NCBI GenBank assembly: GCA_041650935.1
Contig: JBAZKH010000001.1
Span: 576,911-640,910, forward strand
From: Candidatus Omnitrophota bacterium
GTDB taxonomy: Bacteria > Omnitrophota > Gorgyraeia > 2-01-FULL-45-10
Length of the DNA stretch: 64,000 bases
Reading direction: 5' to 3'
Shown here piece after piece: positions 12,813 through 21,764 of this stretch. Position 1 is the first letter of the stretch. Every line of letters starts with the position of its first letter. The notes beneath the pieces were generated by a model. That model worked only from the letters and a program-made list of their open reading frames with translations, did no database searches and was not told the DNA's origin. Made by a program: the position numbers and the translations under genes.

Positions 12813-14197
12813 TTTCCGCTCCTGGACTTCTTTGCCTTCGGGAAATCTTTAATAACCTCGAGCGATTCGCACAGCTCGCTATCCGAAAGATGGAGCTCTT
12901 TTAAGTGTCCGCCCATATACTTTTCATATCCCGTAAGGTCGAGCAGGCCGTGCCCGCTGTAGTTGAATAGTATAACCTTTTCTTTGCCTTCCTCTTTGGC
13001 TTTGTTCGCCTCATCTATAACACAGGCTATCGCGTGGCTCGTCTCCGGCGCGCATACAGTCCCTTCCGTCCTTGCCCAGACGATCGCCGCGTCGTAACAC
13101 TTTAACTGGTCGTAAGAACGCGGCTTTACCAGGCCCTCGACGATGCACTGGCTGACGAGCGGGGCCATGCCGTGGTAGCGCAGGCCGCCTGCATGTATCG
13201 GAGGCGGAACGAACGTGTGGCCTAGCGTATGCATCGGTAGAAGCGGTGTCATGCGCGCCGTATCTCCGTGGTCGTATGCAAACGGCCCCCGGGTCATCTT
13301 GGGGCACGTGGTAGACTCGACCGGATAGATCTCTATCTGCGCGCCGTTTATCTTATCGCAGACGAATGGGAACGATATCCCGGCAAAGTTGCTTCCGCCG
13401 CCCGCGCATCCGATAACGACGTCGGGCTTCCGCTCGCCCGCCAGAGCCAGCTGCTTCTTCGCTTCGAGTCCTATTACCGTCTGGTGCAAAAGTACGTGAT
13501 TCAGGACACTGCCCAGGGTATAGCGCGTCTTGCCTGTCTTGTCGCTGACCGCGGCCTCTATGGCCTCGCTTATCGCGATGCCGAGCGATCCCGGAGTGCC
13601 GGGCATCTTCTTCAGTATCTGGCGGCCGGCATCTGTTTCGCCGCTGGGGCTGGCGATGCACTTAGCACCCCAGACCTGCATGAGCGTCTTCCTGAAAGGC
13701 TTCTGGTCGAAGCTTATCCGCACCATGAAGACTTTGCATTCAAGCCCCAGGAGGCTTGCAGCAAATGCCAGGGCGGAGCCCCACTGCCCTGCCCCTGTTT
13801 CAGTCGTAAGCTTTGTTATGCCGAACTGTTTATTATACCAGGCCTGTGGAATGGCAGAATTTGGCTTATGGCTTCCCGCGGGACTTACGCTTTCGTCTTT
13901 ATAGTAGATACGGGCGGGTGTTTTCAGACGCGCCTCAAGCCGGTTTGCCCTTATAAGCGGAGTCGGCCGCCATATGCGTAAAAGGTCCCGGACCTCATCC
14001 GGTATCTTGATCCATCGTTCGCGGCTCATCTCCTGTTCGATCAGGTTTCCGGGGAAGACAGGTGAGAGCATCTCGGGCTTTATAGGATTACCGTCGGGCC
14101 CCATAGGCGGCTGCATCGGCGACGGCAGGTCTGCGGCTATGTTATACCATTCTTCAGGCATATCGTCTTCGTTAAGCAGGAACTTCTTATTAGCCAT
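12806..14197 (-). CDS. trpB2: TrpB-like PLP-dependent enzyme (tryptophan synthase beta, type 2)
   Basis: 463 aa. PLP-lysine motif SPAGSHKPNSA. Long N-terminal extension and overall TrpB2 layout. No trpA neighbour. Confidence 0.8.
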   Translation of the reverse strand: MANKKFLLNEDDMPEEWYNIAADLPSPMQPPMGPDGNPIKPEMLSPVFPGNLIEQEMSRERWIKIPDEVRDLLRIWRPTPLIRANRLEARLKTPARIYYKDESVSPAGSHKPNSAIPQAWYNKQFGITKLTTETGAGQWGSALAFAASLLGLECKVFMVRISFDQKPFRKTLMQVWGAKCIASPSGETDAGRQILKKMPGTPGSLGIAISEAIEAAVSDKTGKTRYTLGSVLNHVLLHQTVIGLEAKKQLALAGERKPDVVIGCAGGGSNFAGISFPFVCDKINGAQIEIYPVESTTCPKMTRGPFAYDHGDTARMTPLLPMHTLGHTFVPPPIHAGGLRYHGMAPLVSQCIVEGLVKPRSYDQLKCYDAAIVWARTEGTVCAPETSHAIACVIDEANKAKEEGKEKVILFNYSGHGLLDLTGYEKYMGGHLKELHLSDSELCESLEVIKDFPKAKKSRSGKW

Positions 14198-14228
14198 TCT
14201 TTTGCCCCCTTTAATATTTGTTCAGGTT

Positions 14229-15635
14229 TTATCGTTTTGCCCTTTGGTACTGGTCATATGTCTTCTTGCTCCGCAGGAAATCCACCGTCCCTATAACTTT
14301 GGAAATGGTGATAAGCCATTTATACCAGAACATCTCCACAAAGGCCAGAAATATCATGTAAGCTACATATCCGGCGCGGAATACGTTCTGGCTGCGCATG
14401 AAAGCGAATACCGACAGAAGCGAAATGAAGGTTTGCGCTGTTATTGAAAGACAGAAGAAGGCTATGAAGACTTTCAGGCCGAGCAGTCCAGTCAGCCAGC
14501 CCCACAACACCAGCACAATGCTTATGGTTTCCAGGAAGACGCCGAGGACCTCATAGATTATGTAGTACGGCATGGTAAGGAATGCGAAAGCTTTGTACCG
14601 GGGATTGCAAAGCATGTACTTATATTTCCATACGGTTTCATTGACAACCCTCTGCCACCTGCTGCGCTGGGATAAGAGGGATTTTATATTGGACGGGCCC
14701 TCCGTCCAACTCACATAATACGGAAGCATCAATATCTTATAGTCTTTACTCCTTCTCTTCTCAATATAATCATGCGCGCGGAACGTCAGCTCTATATCCT
14801 CACAGGTAAAATCGGTGGCGTATCCGCCCATTTCATATAGTATATCGCGCCGCCAGATACCGAATCCTCCGGGGACGTTGGGCATCGAATTAAACCTGCT
14901 CCATGCGATACGGTTGCCGAAGAACGAGCGGATATATTCAAGGTTCTGGTAGGCGATGATGGGGTTGTACGAGAAGCTTCTTTTCTTTATAATGCCGTCT
15001 TTTATATCGAATCCGTTGGAAAGCCCGAAATAGCTGCCGATCCCTATAACTCTTTCCGGGTCTTTTTCGATATATGCCATTACTTTCAGGAGAGCATCCC
15101 GCTCAAGCACCGTATCGGCGTCCATGACGCAGACATACCCGTAGCGGGCGATATTGAGCCCGGCATTGACAGCGCCGGCCTTTTTCAGGCCCCCGGTTTT
15201 TGTTATGACGGTGACATTCGTATATTTTGCGCTCTTCAATATCTCCTTTACCTGGCCGTCTTTAAAATGTTTTATGTATTGAGTGTTACGGATTTTCAGG
15301 TCCAGTATCTCGTCTAAAATGGCAAGCGTCCTGTCGGTCGAATTATCGTCGACTAATATTATCTCGAACTCCGGGTAGTTCAGATTGAGTATCGACAGGA
15401 AGGAGTCGCGTATCCATTCTTCTTCGTTTCGCGCCGGTATTATTATGCTTACGGGCACCGTAAACGAGGAGAAATAGACGAGCGGATAGATTTCGGCTTC
15501 GCTCTCCCACCGTTTTCTCCTCTCTTCTATAAAACCCACTATCGCGAGAAAGGTGTAGTATGCGATAAGGACGAGGAAGTACAGGAAGAAGGTGACCGAT
15601 ATAATATATGTAATTTTCGGGAAGAGGCTATGCAT
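14229..15635 (-). CDS. Family-2 processive beta-glycosyltransferase (PgaC/IcaA/cellulose-synthase-like), membrane-integrated
   Basis: 468 aa. N-terminal TM. DDNSTD and VMDADT (D, DxD). QRSRWQRV (QxxRW). Multiple C-terminal TM helices. Confidence 0.8.
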   Translation of the reverse strand: MHSLFPKITYIISVTFFLYFLVLIAYYTFLAIVGFIEERRKRWESEAEIYPLVYFSSFTVPVSIIIPARNEEEWIRDSFLSILNLNYPEFEIILVDDNSTDRTLAILDEILDLKIRNTQYIKHFKDGQVKEILKSAKYTNVTVITKTGGLKKAGAVNAGLNIARYGYVCVMDADTVLERDALLKVMAYIEKDPERVIGIGSYFGLSNGFDIKDGIIKKRSFSYNPIIAYQNLEYIRSFFGNRIAWSRFNSMPNVPGGFGIWRRDILYEMGGYATDFTCEDIELTFRAHDYIEKRRSKDYKILMLPYYVSWTEGPSNIKSLLSQRSRWQRVVNETVWKYKYMLCNPRYKAFAFLTMPYYIIYEVLGVFLETISIVLVLWGWLTGLLGLKVFIAFFCLSITAQTFISLLSVFAFMRSQNVFRAGYVAYMIFLAFVEMFWYKWLITISKVIGTVDFLRSKKTYDQYQRAKR

Positions 15636-16785
15636 CCAGCCACCTTTCCATTGTTTTTGCCGATGTTGCGTCGATATCCTTAAATGCTCTTACGATCTTT
15701 TCGCGTAAAGCCGGATCCGCGGTTTCGGCCAGCGAGCTTTCTATCGCCTCGAGGCACAGCCTCCGGGCAAAATCATCGCCTTCCAGGAAAGTCTTCTTCA
15801 TGTAAGGCAATGCGGCCAGGATATTGTCCTTGATGGCGGCTTTGACGGTATCGAGGACAGGGATGGAGCCGTCATTCAAGGAGCCTAGTATGACCGGGAT
15901 AGATTCTCCGCCGAGCGTTTGCGCCAGGGCCTGGACGGCGCGCATCCTGACAAACCAGGTTTCGTCCTCAAGACATTTTTCAAGGACGGGCCGCGATTCT
16001 TTTCCGCCCAGCGCGCCCAGGCATTCGCATACCGCGGCCCTGACTTTATCCGAGGGGTCCCCGGCAAGCGCCTCTACCTTTTTCCGGCATTGCATGGGTT
16101 TGAATTTAGGGAGCAGCTTTAGCGCCCAGAAACGAACGGACGGATCTTTTTCATCCAGCAGTTTTATTATATCGCCGGCAATGCCGGCGGGGAAAGATTC
16201 GAGCAGCGATACCAGTTTCCGTTGCATAAAATGATCCTGTTCCAGCAGGCCTATCAGCGCATGCGCAGAATCGGCCGTCTTCATCTGCGCGAGCGCAATC
16301 GCGGTGAAGTAATGTATGTCCTGATCTTTTGCGGTAAGGCTCTTTCGCAGGATCCTGACCGTTTCTTCTTTTCCGGAGTAACCAAGGGCGATAATGGCTT
16401 CGATGCGCTGCCACTTATTGTGCGAATTTCGCGCGGCCTCTTCGGCGCGCCTTAATGCGCGCGAAGATACGAAACATTCCCTGAATAGCGCCTGTTCCTT
16501 TTGATTGAAGAATACGGCGTCCCGCCGCCTATTGCCTTGTATATCCAGAAATTGCTGGACGCTTGAACCGGCCACGGTTCCCAGGCAGGTCTTGTCTTCG
16601 TTGCCGGATTGGAATAGCGTGTAGAGAGCCCTCTTCAGCTCAAGCAGACCTTTATCCCGCAGGGCGTTTGTATGTCTTTTAACCAGGATATAGAGTACGA
16701 TAGCCGCGGCTAAAAGAAGAGACGCGCCCAAAAGGATTACGTCTATCTTTATTATGAGATCGGCGTGATAATTATACATATTCAA
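15628..16785 (-). CDS. Membrane-anchored HEAT/PBS-lyase-repeat protein
   Basis: 385 aa. One N-terminal TM, followed by repeated HEAT-like units (VRFWALKLL, VRAAVCECLGALG, WFVRMRAVQALAQ). Gene overlaps the GT2 start. Confidence 0.55.
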   Translation of the reverse strand: MNMYNYHADLIIKIDVILLGASLLLAAAIVLYILVKRHTNALRDKGLLELKRALYTLFQSGNEDKTCLGTVAGSSVQQFLDIQGNRRRDAVFFNQKEQALFRECFVSSRALRRAEEAARNSHNKWQRIEAIIALGYSGKEETVRILRKSLTAKDQDIHYFTAIALAQMKTADSAHALIGLLEQDHFMQRKLVSLLESFPAGIAGDIIKLLDEKDPSVRFWALKLLPKFKPMQCRKKVEALAGDPSDKVRAAVCECLGALGGKESRPVLEKCLEDETWFVRMRAVQALAQTLGGESIPVILGSLNDGSIPVLDTVKAAIKDNILAALPYMKKTFLEGDDFARRLCLEAIESSLAETADPALREKIVRAFKDIDATSAKTMERWLDA

Positions 16786-17642
16786 AATTTAAAGTTAAGT
16801 CCGAAGTTGAGGCTCCGCTTTATGAATTTAGGTTTTTCCGTACCGTAACTGCAGCCTACTCTGCACGTGATGCCTTTGTAGAGATTGAGGCTTAACCCGC
16901 TAAAGACTATGTATCCGGTCTCTGAGTGGGCATGCCGGCCGAATATGTCATAAAGCCTTTCGCCGAACGCCGTCCCGCCTGATAGCCGCAGGAAGTCGGT
17001 TATCTTGAAATCACCTTTTATCACGCCGAAGTGGGCATCGTCCCTGCTCTCTATCCAGCCTATGCCGTAGTTAGCGGCAATATAGTGGCCTCCAAAGTAA
17101 TATATGAGGCCCGGATATACGTTGTGGGAATCGCCCGAGGTGCGGTACATCCTGTAGTTATACCCGACCTGCCAGAAGACATCTTTTATAAGCTTGTGCG
17201 CGTATTCGCCTATAGCCTGGAAATCGTAAGTATAATTGACGTTCCAGCCAAAGCCGCTCTCGAGGCGGAGGTATGAATTTTTCATATTTATGTAGGAGCC
17301 GAAATTGGCGTTGTAGTCGTTATTGCCGAACCTGTCGTATTCCGAGACTGAAAAGTATCCCTGGATATTCTGGTGAGCGTATCCGAAGGTGTTGGTAAGC
17401 TCGCCCCAGCGCCCTGTCTTGTTTCCCTGCAATATAAGGCTCGGCTCGTAAAAACTGTCGAAGTACCACTGGTCTTTCGGTTTGGCTTCCACTTCCATCT
17501 CTTTTATTACGGAAATTGGAGGAGTAATGCGGCGGAGCATCTTCTCCGTCTCGCCCGGCTCTGCGGCAAAAAGACGCGGGGACAGTACTGCTAAAACAAA
17601 TGTTGCGGCCAGGACAGGTTTTAGTATGCGCTGGAAGGACAT
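16782..17642 (-). CDS. Outer-membrane beta-barrel protein, possibly YaiO-like
   Basis: 286 aa. Signal peptide. Tyr/Gly-rich alternating strands. C-terminal ...FGLNFKF ending in Phe. Sits in an operon with the GT2 and HEAT genes. Confidence 0.45.
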   Translation of the reverse strand: MSFQRILKPVLAATFVLAVLSPRLFAAEPGETEKMLRRITPPISVIKEMEVEAKPKDQWYFDSFYEPSLILQGNKTGRWGELTNTFGYAHQNIQGYFSVSEYDRFGNNDYNANFGSYINMKNSYLRLESGFGWNVNYTYDFQAIGEYAHKLIKDVFWQVGYNYRMYRTSGDSHNVYPGLIYYFGGHYIAANYGIGWIESRDDAHFGVIKGDFKITDFLRLSGGTAFGERLYDIFGRHAHSETGYIVFSGLSLNLYKGITCRVGCSYGTEKPKFIKRSLNFGLNFKF

Positions 17643-17649
17643 TTTACGT

Positions 17650-18045
17650 TTAACTGCTTTTTTTGAAATTCTCGGCGATCGCTATGGCCGATGTTATACT
17701 CTGTATCTCCTTCTGAATATCGCTTGTCTTTACGATGAATCCCGATGCGTTAAGCTTATTGGCAACACTGAACCTTTCCTCATTCGAAAACGCAGTTATT
17801 ATGAATACAGGCACCTTTGTATCTGTCTTGCGTATCTTCTTCAGCACGTCTATGCCGTCCATGCCCGGCATGAGGATATCGAGTAATATGGCGGCCGGTT
17901 TCTCTTTAGCGAACTTCTCCAGCGCTTCGTCCCCGTTTATAGCGGTGATTACGGTGTAGTTATTTGCCTCGAGTCTTAAACGTATCATTTCAAGAAAATC
18001 TATCTCATCATCAACTACAAGTATCTTCCTCTTTACCATTGCCAT
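17650..18045 (-). CDS. Single-domain response regulator (CheY-like receiver)
   Basis: 131 aa. KILVVDDE, phospho-acceptor Asp in ILLDILMPGMDG, and K in the FIVK region. Confidence 0.85.
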   Translation of the reverse strand: MAMVKRKILVVDDEIDFLEMIRLRLEANNYTVITAINGDEALEKFAKEKPAAILLDILMPGMDGIDVLKKIRKTDTKVPVFIITAFSNEERFSVANKLNASGFIVKTSDIQKEIQSITSAIAIAENFKKSS

Positions 18046-18058
18046 TGCGACGCTCCTT

Positions 18059-19330
18059 TCATGCCTTTTTCGGTAATGTGAAGGTCATCCTGGTACCTTT
18101 GCCGAATTCGCTTTCCGCCCATATCTTTCCGTTATGTGCCGTTACTATACCCTTGGCTATGGCAAGACCGAGCCCGGTGCCTTTCTCTCCCGGTCCGCGC
18201 ATGCGCCCAAACTGCTGGAACTTGCCAAATAATTTCATCATATTCTCCCGGGCTATCCCGATGCCGGTATCCGCTACGGATATTTCGACATTTTCCGCCG
18301 TCTCCTTTATTGAAATATCGATAGACCCCCTGTCTGTAAATTTATAGGAATTGCCGATCAGGTTTGTCAGTACCTGCGTAATGCTATCCGGGTCGCCGTG
18401 GATGATGATACTATTTTTGGGCAACTCAGAGCGCAGGGCCAGTCTTTTTTCTTTGATCTTCGGCTCAAAAATGACCATCGCCTGCCTTACAACCGACACT
18501 ATATCAAAGGCCTCATGCCTGGCCTTTATCTTGCCGGATTCGGCCCTGGATATATCCAGCAGGGAATTGATTATGCGCGCCAGCCTGTCGATATTGTTCT
18601 TGGATATCGTGAGTATCCTTACCTGCTCTTCATTTATCGCGCCGGGGATCTTATCCAGGATAAGGCAGATGCCTTCTTTTGTTATGGATAGAGGCGTCCT
18701 GAGCTCATGCGAAACCGTTCCTATGAATTCATCCTTCACCTTTTCGATGCGCTTGCGCTCCGATATGTCGCGCGATATGGTGGAGGCGCCTGTTATAGCG
18801 CCCGATTCATCGTATATCGGTGAAATTGTGAGCGAAACGTAGATTGTCGTGCCGTCCTTCCTGATACGAGTCGTCTCGAAATACTCGAAAGGTTCCCCGC
18901 GAGCTATCTTTTTAAGGATATCGGTTGTCTCGTCTTTCTTTTCCGGCGGCACTACGATCGAAATAGGTTTCCCTATCGCCTCCGCCTGCGTATAACCATA
19001 TACTTTCTCGGCGCCGTGGTTCCAGGTCACGATCTCACCATCCAGGGTTTTGCTTATAATGGCGTCGTCGGACGATTCGACTATTGCGGCCAGCCTCCGC
19101 AGCTCTTTCGCGGCTTTTTGATGTTTTGCCACTTCGTCAGACATCGGCCGGAAGATAAATATATATAGCGCGGGGTATGCAAGCAGGATTACGAGCACAG
19201 CATCGACCAATGACTCAGCCATAATCCCGAGGTTGAACAGGCACGTGATTATGTTCGTGATGATGTCTATTATAAAGACGATGACAAGGATAGTTAGCAA
19301 AAGATTTAACGCGATGGATAGCTTTCTCAT
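18059..19330 (-). CDS. Sensor histidine kinase (TM-PAS-HisKA-HATPase)
   Basis: 423 aa. N-terminal TMs. PAS-like region. H-box VSHELRTPL. N, G1 and G2 boxes (NLIGNSYKF, DTGIGI, GTGLGL). Confidence 0.85.
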   Translation of the reverse strand: MRKLSIALNLLLTILVIVFIIDIITNIITCLFNLGIMAESLVDAVLVILLAYPALYIFIFRPMSDEVAKHQKAAKELRRLAAIVESSDDAIISKTLDGEIVTWNHGAEKVYGYTQAEAIGKPISIVVPPEKKDETTDILKKIARGEPFEYFETTRIRKDGTTIYVSLTISPIYDESGAITGASTISRDISERKRIEKVKDEFIGTVSHELRTPLSITKEGICLILDKIPGAINEEQVRILTISKNNIDRLARIINSLLDISRAESGKIKARHEAFDIVSVVRQAMVIFEPKIKEKRLALRSELPKNSIIIHGDPDSITQVLTNLIGNSYKFTDRGSIDISIKETAENVEISVADTGIGIARENMMKLFGKFQQFGRMRGPGEKGTGLGLAIAKGIVTAHNGKIWAESEFGKGTRMTFTLPKKA

Positions 19331-19348
19331 AAAGTCTATCTTAGAGTT

Positions 19349-19825
19349 CTATTTGTACTTCTGTTTTAGTCCGGTCAGGTAGACGAGGTGCCGCTTCTCC
19401 TCGTCGATCAATTCGCGCACCTTTTCACTATGATACGGAGTGGTATATCTAAGGAGCTCGCCGAAGAAGAGTATGGCGTCTTTTTCGAAGCCTATTCCGT
19501 ACTGGATGGCCGCAAGCGGTGTCCGTACGTTCTTCGAAAACCACTCGGCCGAGACCTGGTCATACAGCAGGTCGTCGACAGTTGCCTTGACATAGGCCGC
19601 GAACTCGTCCTTATAGAGCCCGGTCGTTTCCGATTCTTCGAGAGCGGCGCGTATAGATGAAAATTTCGCTATATGAGTCTCTTCCCAATCGCGCAGGCGC
19701 GTGAATAGCTCTTTTAACTCTTTCTCCCTGAATTTATCGGCAACATAACCGTAAAAGTCCCGCCGTTTGCGCTCTTTCTCGATACCCATATCTATGGCTT
19801 CAGCCGCATTGAATACGTTGGACAT
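19349..19825 (-). CDS. Ferritin-like / rubrerythrin-fold protein
   Basis: 158 aa. Paired E...ExxH-like helices (GIEKERKRRDFY...EETHIAKF; EKDAILFF...EKRH). Confidence 0.45.
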   Translation of the reverse strand: MSNVFNAAEAIDMGIEKERKRRDFYGYVADKFREKELKELFTRLRDWEETHIAKFSSIRAALEESETTGLYKDEFAAYVKATVDDLLYDQVSAEWFSKNVRTPLAAIQYGIGFEKDAILFFGELLRYTTPYHSEKVRELIDEEKRHLVYLTGLKQKYK

Positions 19826-19855
19826 CGCGATCTCCTTTTCTGCTTCGCAGGAATC

Positions 19856-20956
19856 TTATCGTTTGTCGCCAAAAGAAGTGTCGAGCGACCGGGCGGATGC
19901 TATAAGCGGGTTGTCGAGAGATATCTTACGGGCGCCCTTAGAAACCTCTTTTAGCGAAACCTTGACGAGTTCATTCCGCCGGACTCCGACCATACTGCCG
20001 AACTGCCGCCGCTTTATCATGTCGACGGCCTTGGTCCCTAACTGGGTAGCCAGTACGCGGTCATACGGCGTCGGCGATCCGCCGCGTTGGAGATGGCCCA
20101 TCACTACCGTGCGCGTCTCAAGCCCGCTTGTATTTTCAAGAGCCTGCCCGAGCATAAATCCTATGCCGCCCAGACGTATGGGGTCGCAGCTTTCTTTCAC
20201 TATGCGTTGTATCGCGACCTCCCCGCCTTTTGGGCGGGCGCCTTCGGCTACCACGATTATGCTGAACCTTTTACCGTGCCTGTTCCTTTCTTTGACCTTT
20301 TCGGTGATAATGCCGATATCGTATGGGATTTCCGGGATAAGTATAATATCCCCGCCGCCCGCTACGCCTGAGTAGAGCGATAACCAGCCGGCATTATGCC
20401 CCATGACCTCAACTATCATGACGCGATGGTGCGACTGGGCTGTGGTGTGGAGCCTGTCTATGCCTTCGGTGGCTATCCACATGGCGGAATCGAATCCAAA
20501 TGTTACATCCGTCCCCATTATATCGTTGTCGATCGTCTTGGGTACGCCTATTATCGGTACGCCGTCGGTGAAGAGTCTGTACGCTATGCCGAGCGTTCCG
20601 TCGCCGCCGATACATACGAGGCAATCGAGCTCCATTCCCTCTATATTGTCGAGACAGCGCTGTGAGAGGTCTTTAAACATCAGTTTACTGTTCTGATGTA
20701 TAGCGTACCGGTAGGGGTTGGCTTTTTTCGAGGTGCCGAGGATAGTGCCGCCGAGAGTCAGTATGCCGGAAAGTTCGCTCAACTCCAATTGCCGGTATTT
20801 ATTATTGACGAGGCCTTCATAGCCATCTTCGATGCCTATTAGCTCGGCATCCATCTCGAGCATGGCCTTTTTGGCTACTGCGCGAATAACCGCATTGATG
20901 CCCGGACAGTCACCGCCGCCCGATAATATCCCTATCCTCTTTCTCATCCGTATCAT
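19856..20956 (-). CDS. pfkA: 6-phosphofructokinase
   Basis: Track ORF trimmed to MIRMRKRIGILSGGGDCPGINAVIR. GGDGT in VCIGGDGTLG. MGHLQRGGSPT. Confidence 0.85.
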   Translation of the reverse strand: MIRMRKRIGILSGGGDCPGINAVIRAVAKKAMLEMDAELIGIEDGYEGLVNNKYRQLELSELSGILTLGGTILGTSKKANPYRYAIHQNSKLMFKDLSQRCLDNIEGMELDCLVCIGGDGTLGIAYRLFTDGVPIIGVPKTIDNDIMGTDVTFGFDSAMWIATEGIDRLHTTAQSHHRVMIVEVMGHNAGWLSLYSGVAGGGDIILIPEIPYDIGIITEKVKERNRHGKRFSIIVVAEGARPKGGEVAIQRIVKESCDPIRLGGIGFMLGQALENTSGLETRTVVMGHLQRGGSPTPYDRVLATQLGTKAVDMIKRRQFGSMVGVRRNELVKVSLKEVSKGARKISLDNPLIASARSLDTSFGDKR

Positions 20957-20967
20957 CCCCTCCTGTG

Positions 20968-21528
20968 TTAAATTGCGTGCGCGACTATTTCTGTGAGGAC
21001 CACTATGTCTTCGGTGCAAAAAAACTTTGAGATATTTTTATCGAATAATATATTTGCACCGGGACCAAACTCTTCATCCGCCTTTGACAATGTTATGAGC
21101 ATGGCTACTTCCTCAAAAGGGCGAATGACGATCCCGACATCCCCCTTATCGGCTATCGTGCCCGGGAACCTGGCGAGTGAATCTTTTATTAAGTCAGGAT
21201 CGTTACCGTATTTTTTCAGGATACGGTCGATTGTCCGTTTTTTGAATGCCGGATAATAACCGGCGCCGCCCGCGATCTCGTTGAAATCGACCCATTCGCC
21301 CGTAATGGACGGGACTGTCTTTAATTTCAGTTTTGAGGCAAGGTAATGCAGAAGTATTATGGAGATATGGTCTTTGGCTGGAACGTTGCAAGAGCCGGAA
21401 AGTATGGTTTTGGCCTTAGGGTCTATCGTGTAGGTATCGGATAAAAGGTTTACCGAGACCGGCTTGTCATCGGCGGAAAGGCTGGAAAATGTGTTCCACG
21501 CTTTTTCGATAGCCTGTTGGTAACCCAT
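20968..21528 (-). CDS. Hypothetical protein, possibly DUF3786-like
   Basis: 186 aa with no catalytic motif recognised. A TATACT box sits 6 nt upstream of the ATG, so the mRNA appears leaderless. Confidence 0.35.
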   Translation of the reverse strand: MGYQQAIEKAWNTFSSLSADDKPVSVNLLSDTYTIDPKAKTILSGSCNVPAKDHISIILLHYLASKLKLKTVPSITGEWVDFNEIAGGAGYYPAFKKRTIDRILKKYGNDPDLIKDSLARFPGTIADKGDVGIVIRPFEEVAMLITLSKADEEFGPGANILFDKNISKFFCTEDIVVLTEIVAHAI

Positions 21529-21534
21529 GGGGAT

Positions 21535-21563
21535 AGTATACTACATAATATTTGTATAGACAA
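21535..21563 (-). promoter_or_regulatory. Sigma70-like promoter (TTGTCT-17-TATACT) giving a leaderless transcript for the 20968..21528 gene
   Basis: On the minus strand: -35 ttgtct (plus 21558-21563), 17-nt spacer, -10 tatact (plus 21535-21540). The ATG at 21528 lies 6 nt downstream of the -10 box and no Shine-Dalgarno is present. Confidence 0.4.
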
Positions 21564-21607
21564 AAATTTTTCGCAGTCCGAAAGGGTCCCCGCTCGGCCG
21601 GCCTTAT

Positions 21608-21706
21608 GTTTCCACCCCGGGGTGGAAACAGATCCCTTCCCAGTAGTAAAACATGTGATGTGGCGATGTTGTGCGTCCCTACGAACTACATCGCCACATC
21701 ACATGT
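21608..21706. promoter_or_regulatory. Two perfect palindromes in a divergent intergenic region: a 22-bp palindrome at 21608-21629 and a 19-bp inverted repeat (21651-21669 / 21688-21706) with an 18-nt spacer
   Basis: gtttccacccc|ggggtggaaac is a perfect 11+11 palindrome. acatgtgatgtggcgatgt ... acatcgccacatcacatgt are perfect 19-bp inverted arms. Both lie between the divergent promoters. Confidence 0.5.
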
Positions 21707-21764
21707 AACTACTGCATCGCAAAATTTTATGTTCTTCTACGGACGTTTCGTCTATAATGCTTCT

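Noticed and set aside
13268-13981. 237-aa plus-strand ORF, and the other overlapping frames inside trpB2
   Set aside because: Opposite-strand shadows of the conserved TrpB2 coding region.
19856-21019. N-terminal extensions in the ORF track for pfkA (to 21019), nfnA (to 12486), PilZ (61328..61798) and the flavin-reductase-like gene (to 62721)
   Set aside because: The extensions overlap upstream genes and lack homology. Conserved N-termini begin at the internal Met codons chosen in the feature list.
21552-21764. N-terminal 71-codon extension of the helicase ORF
   Set aside because: It contains two long perfect palindromes and a TATAAT box 6 nt before the Q-motif Met at 21765. A regulatory region is more likely than coding sequence.
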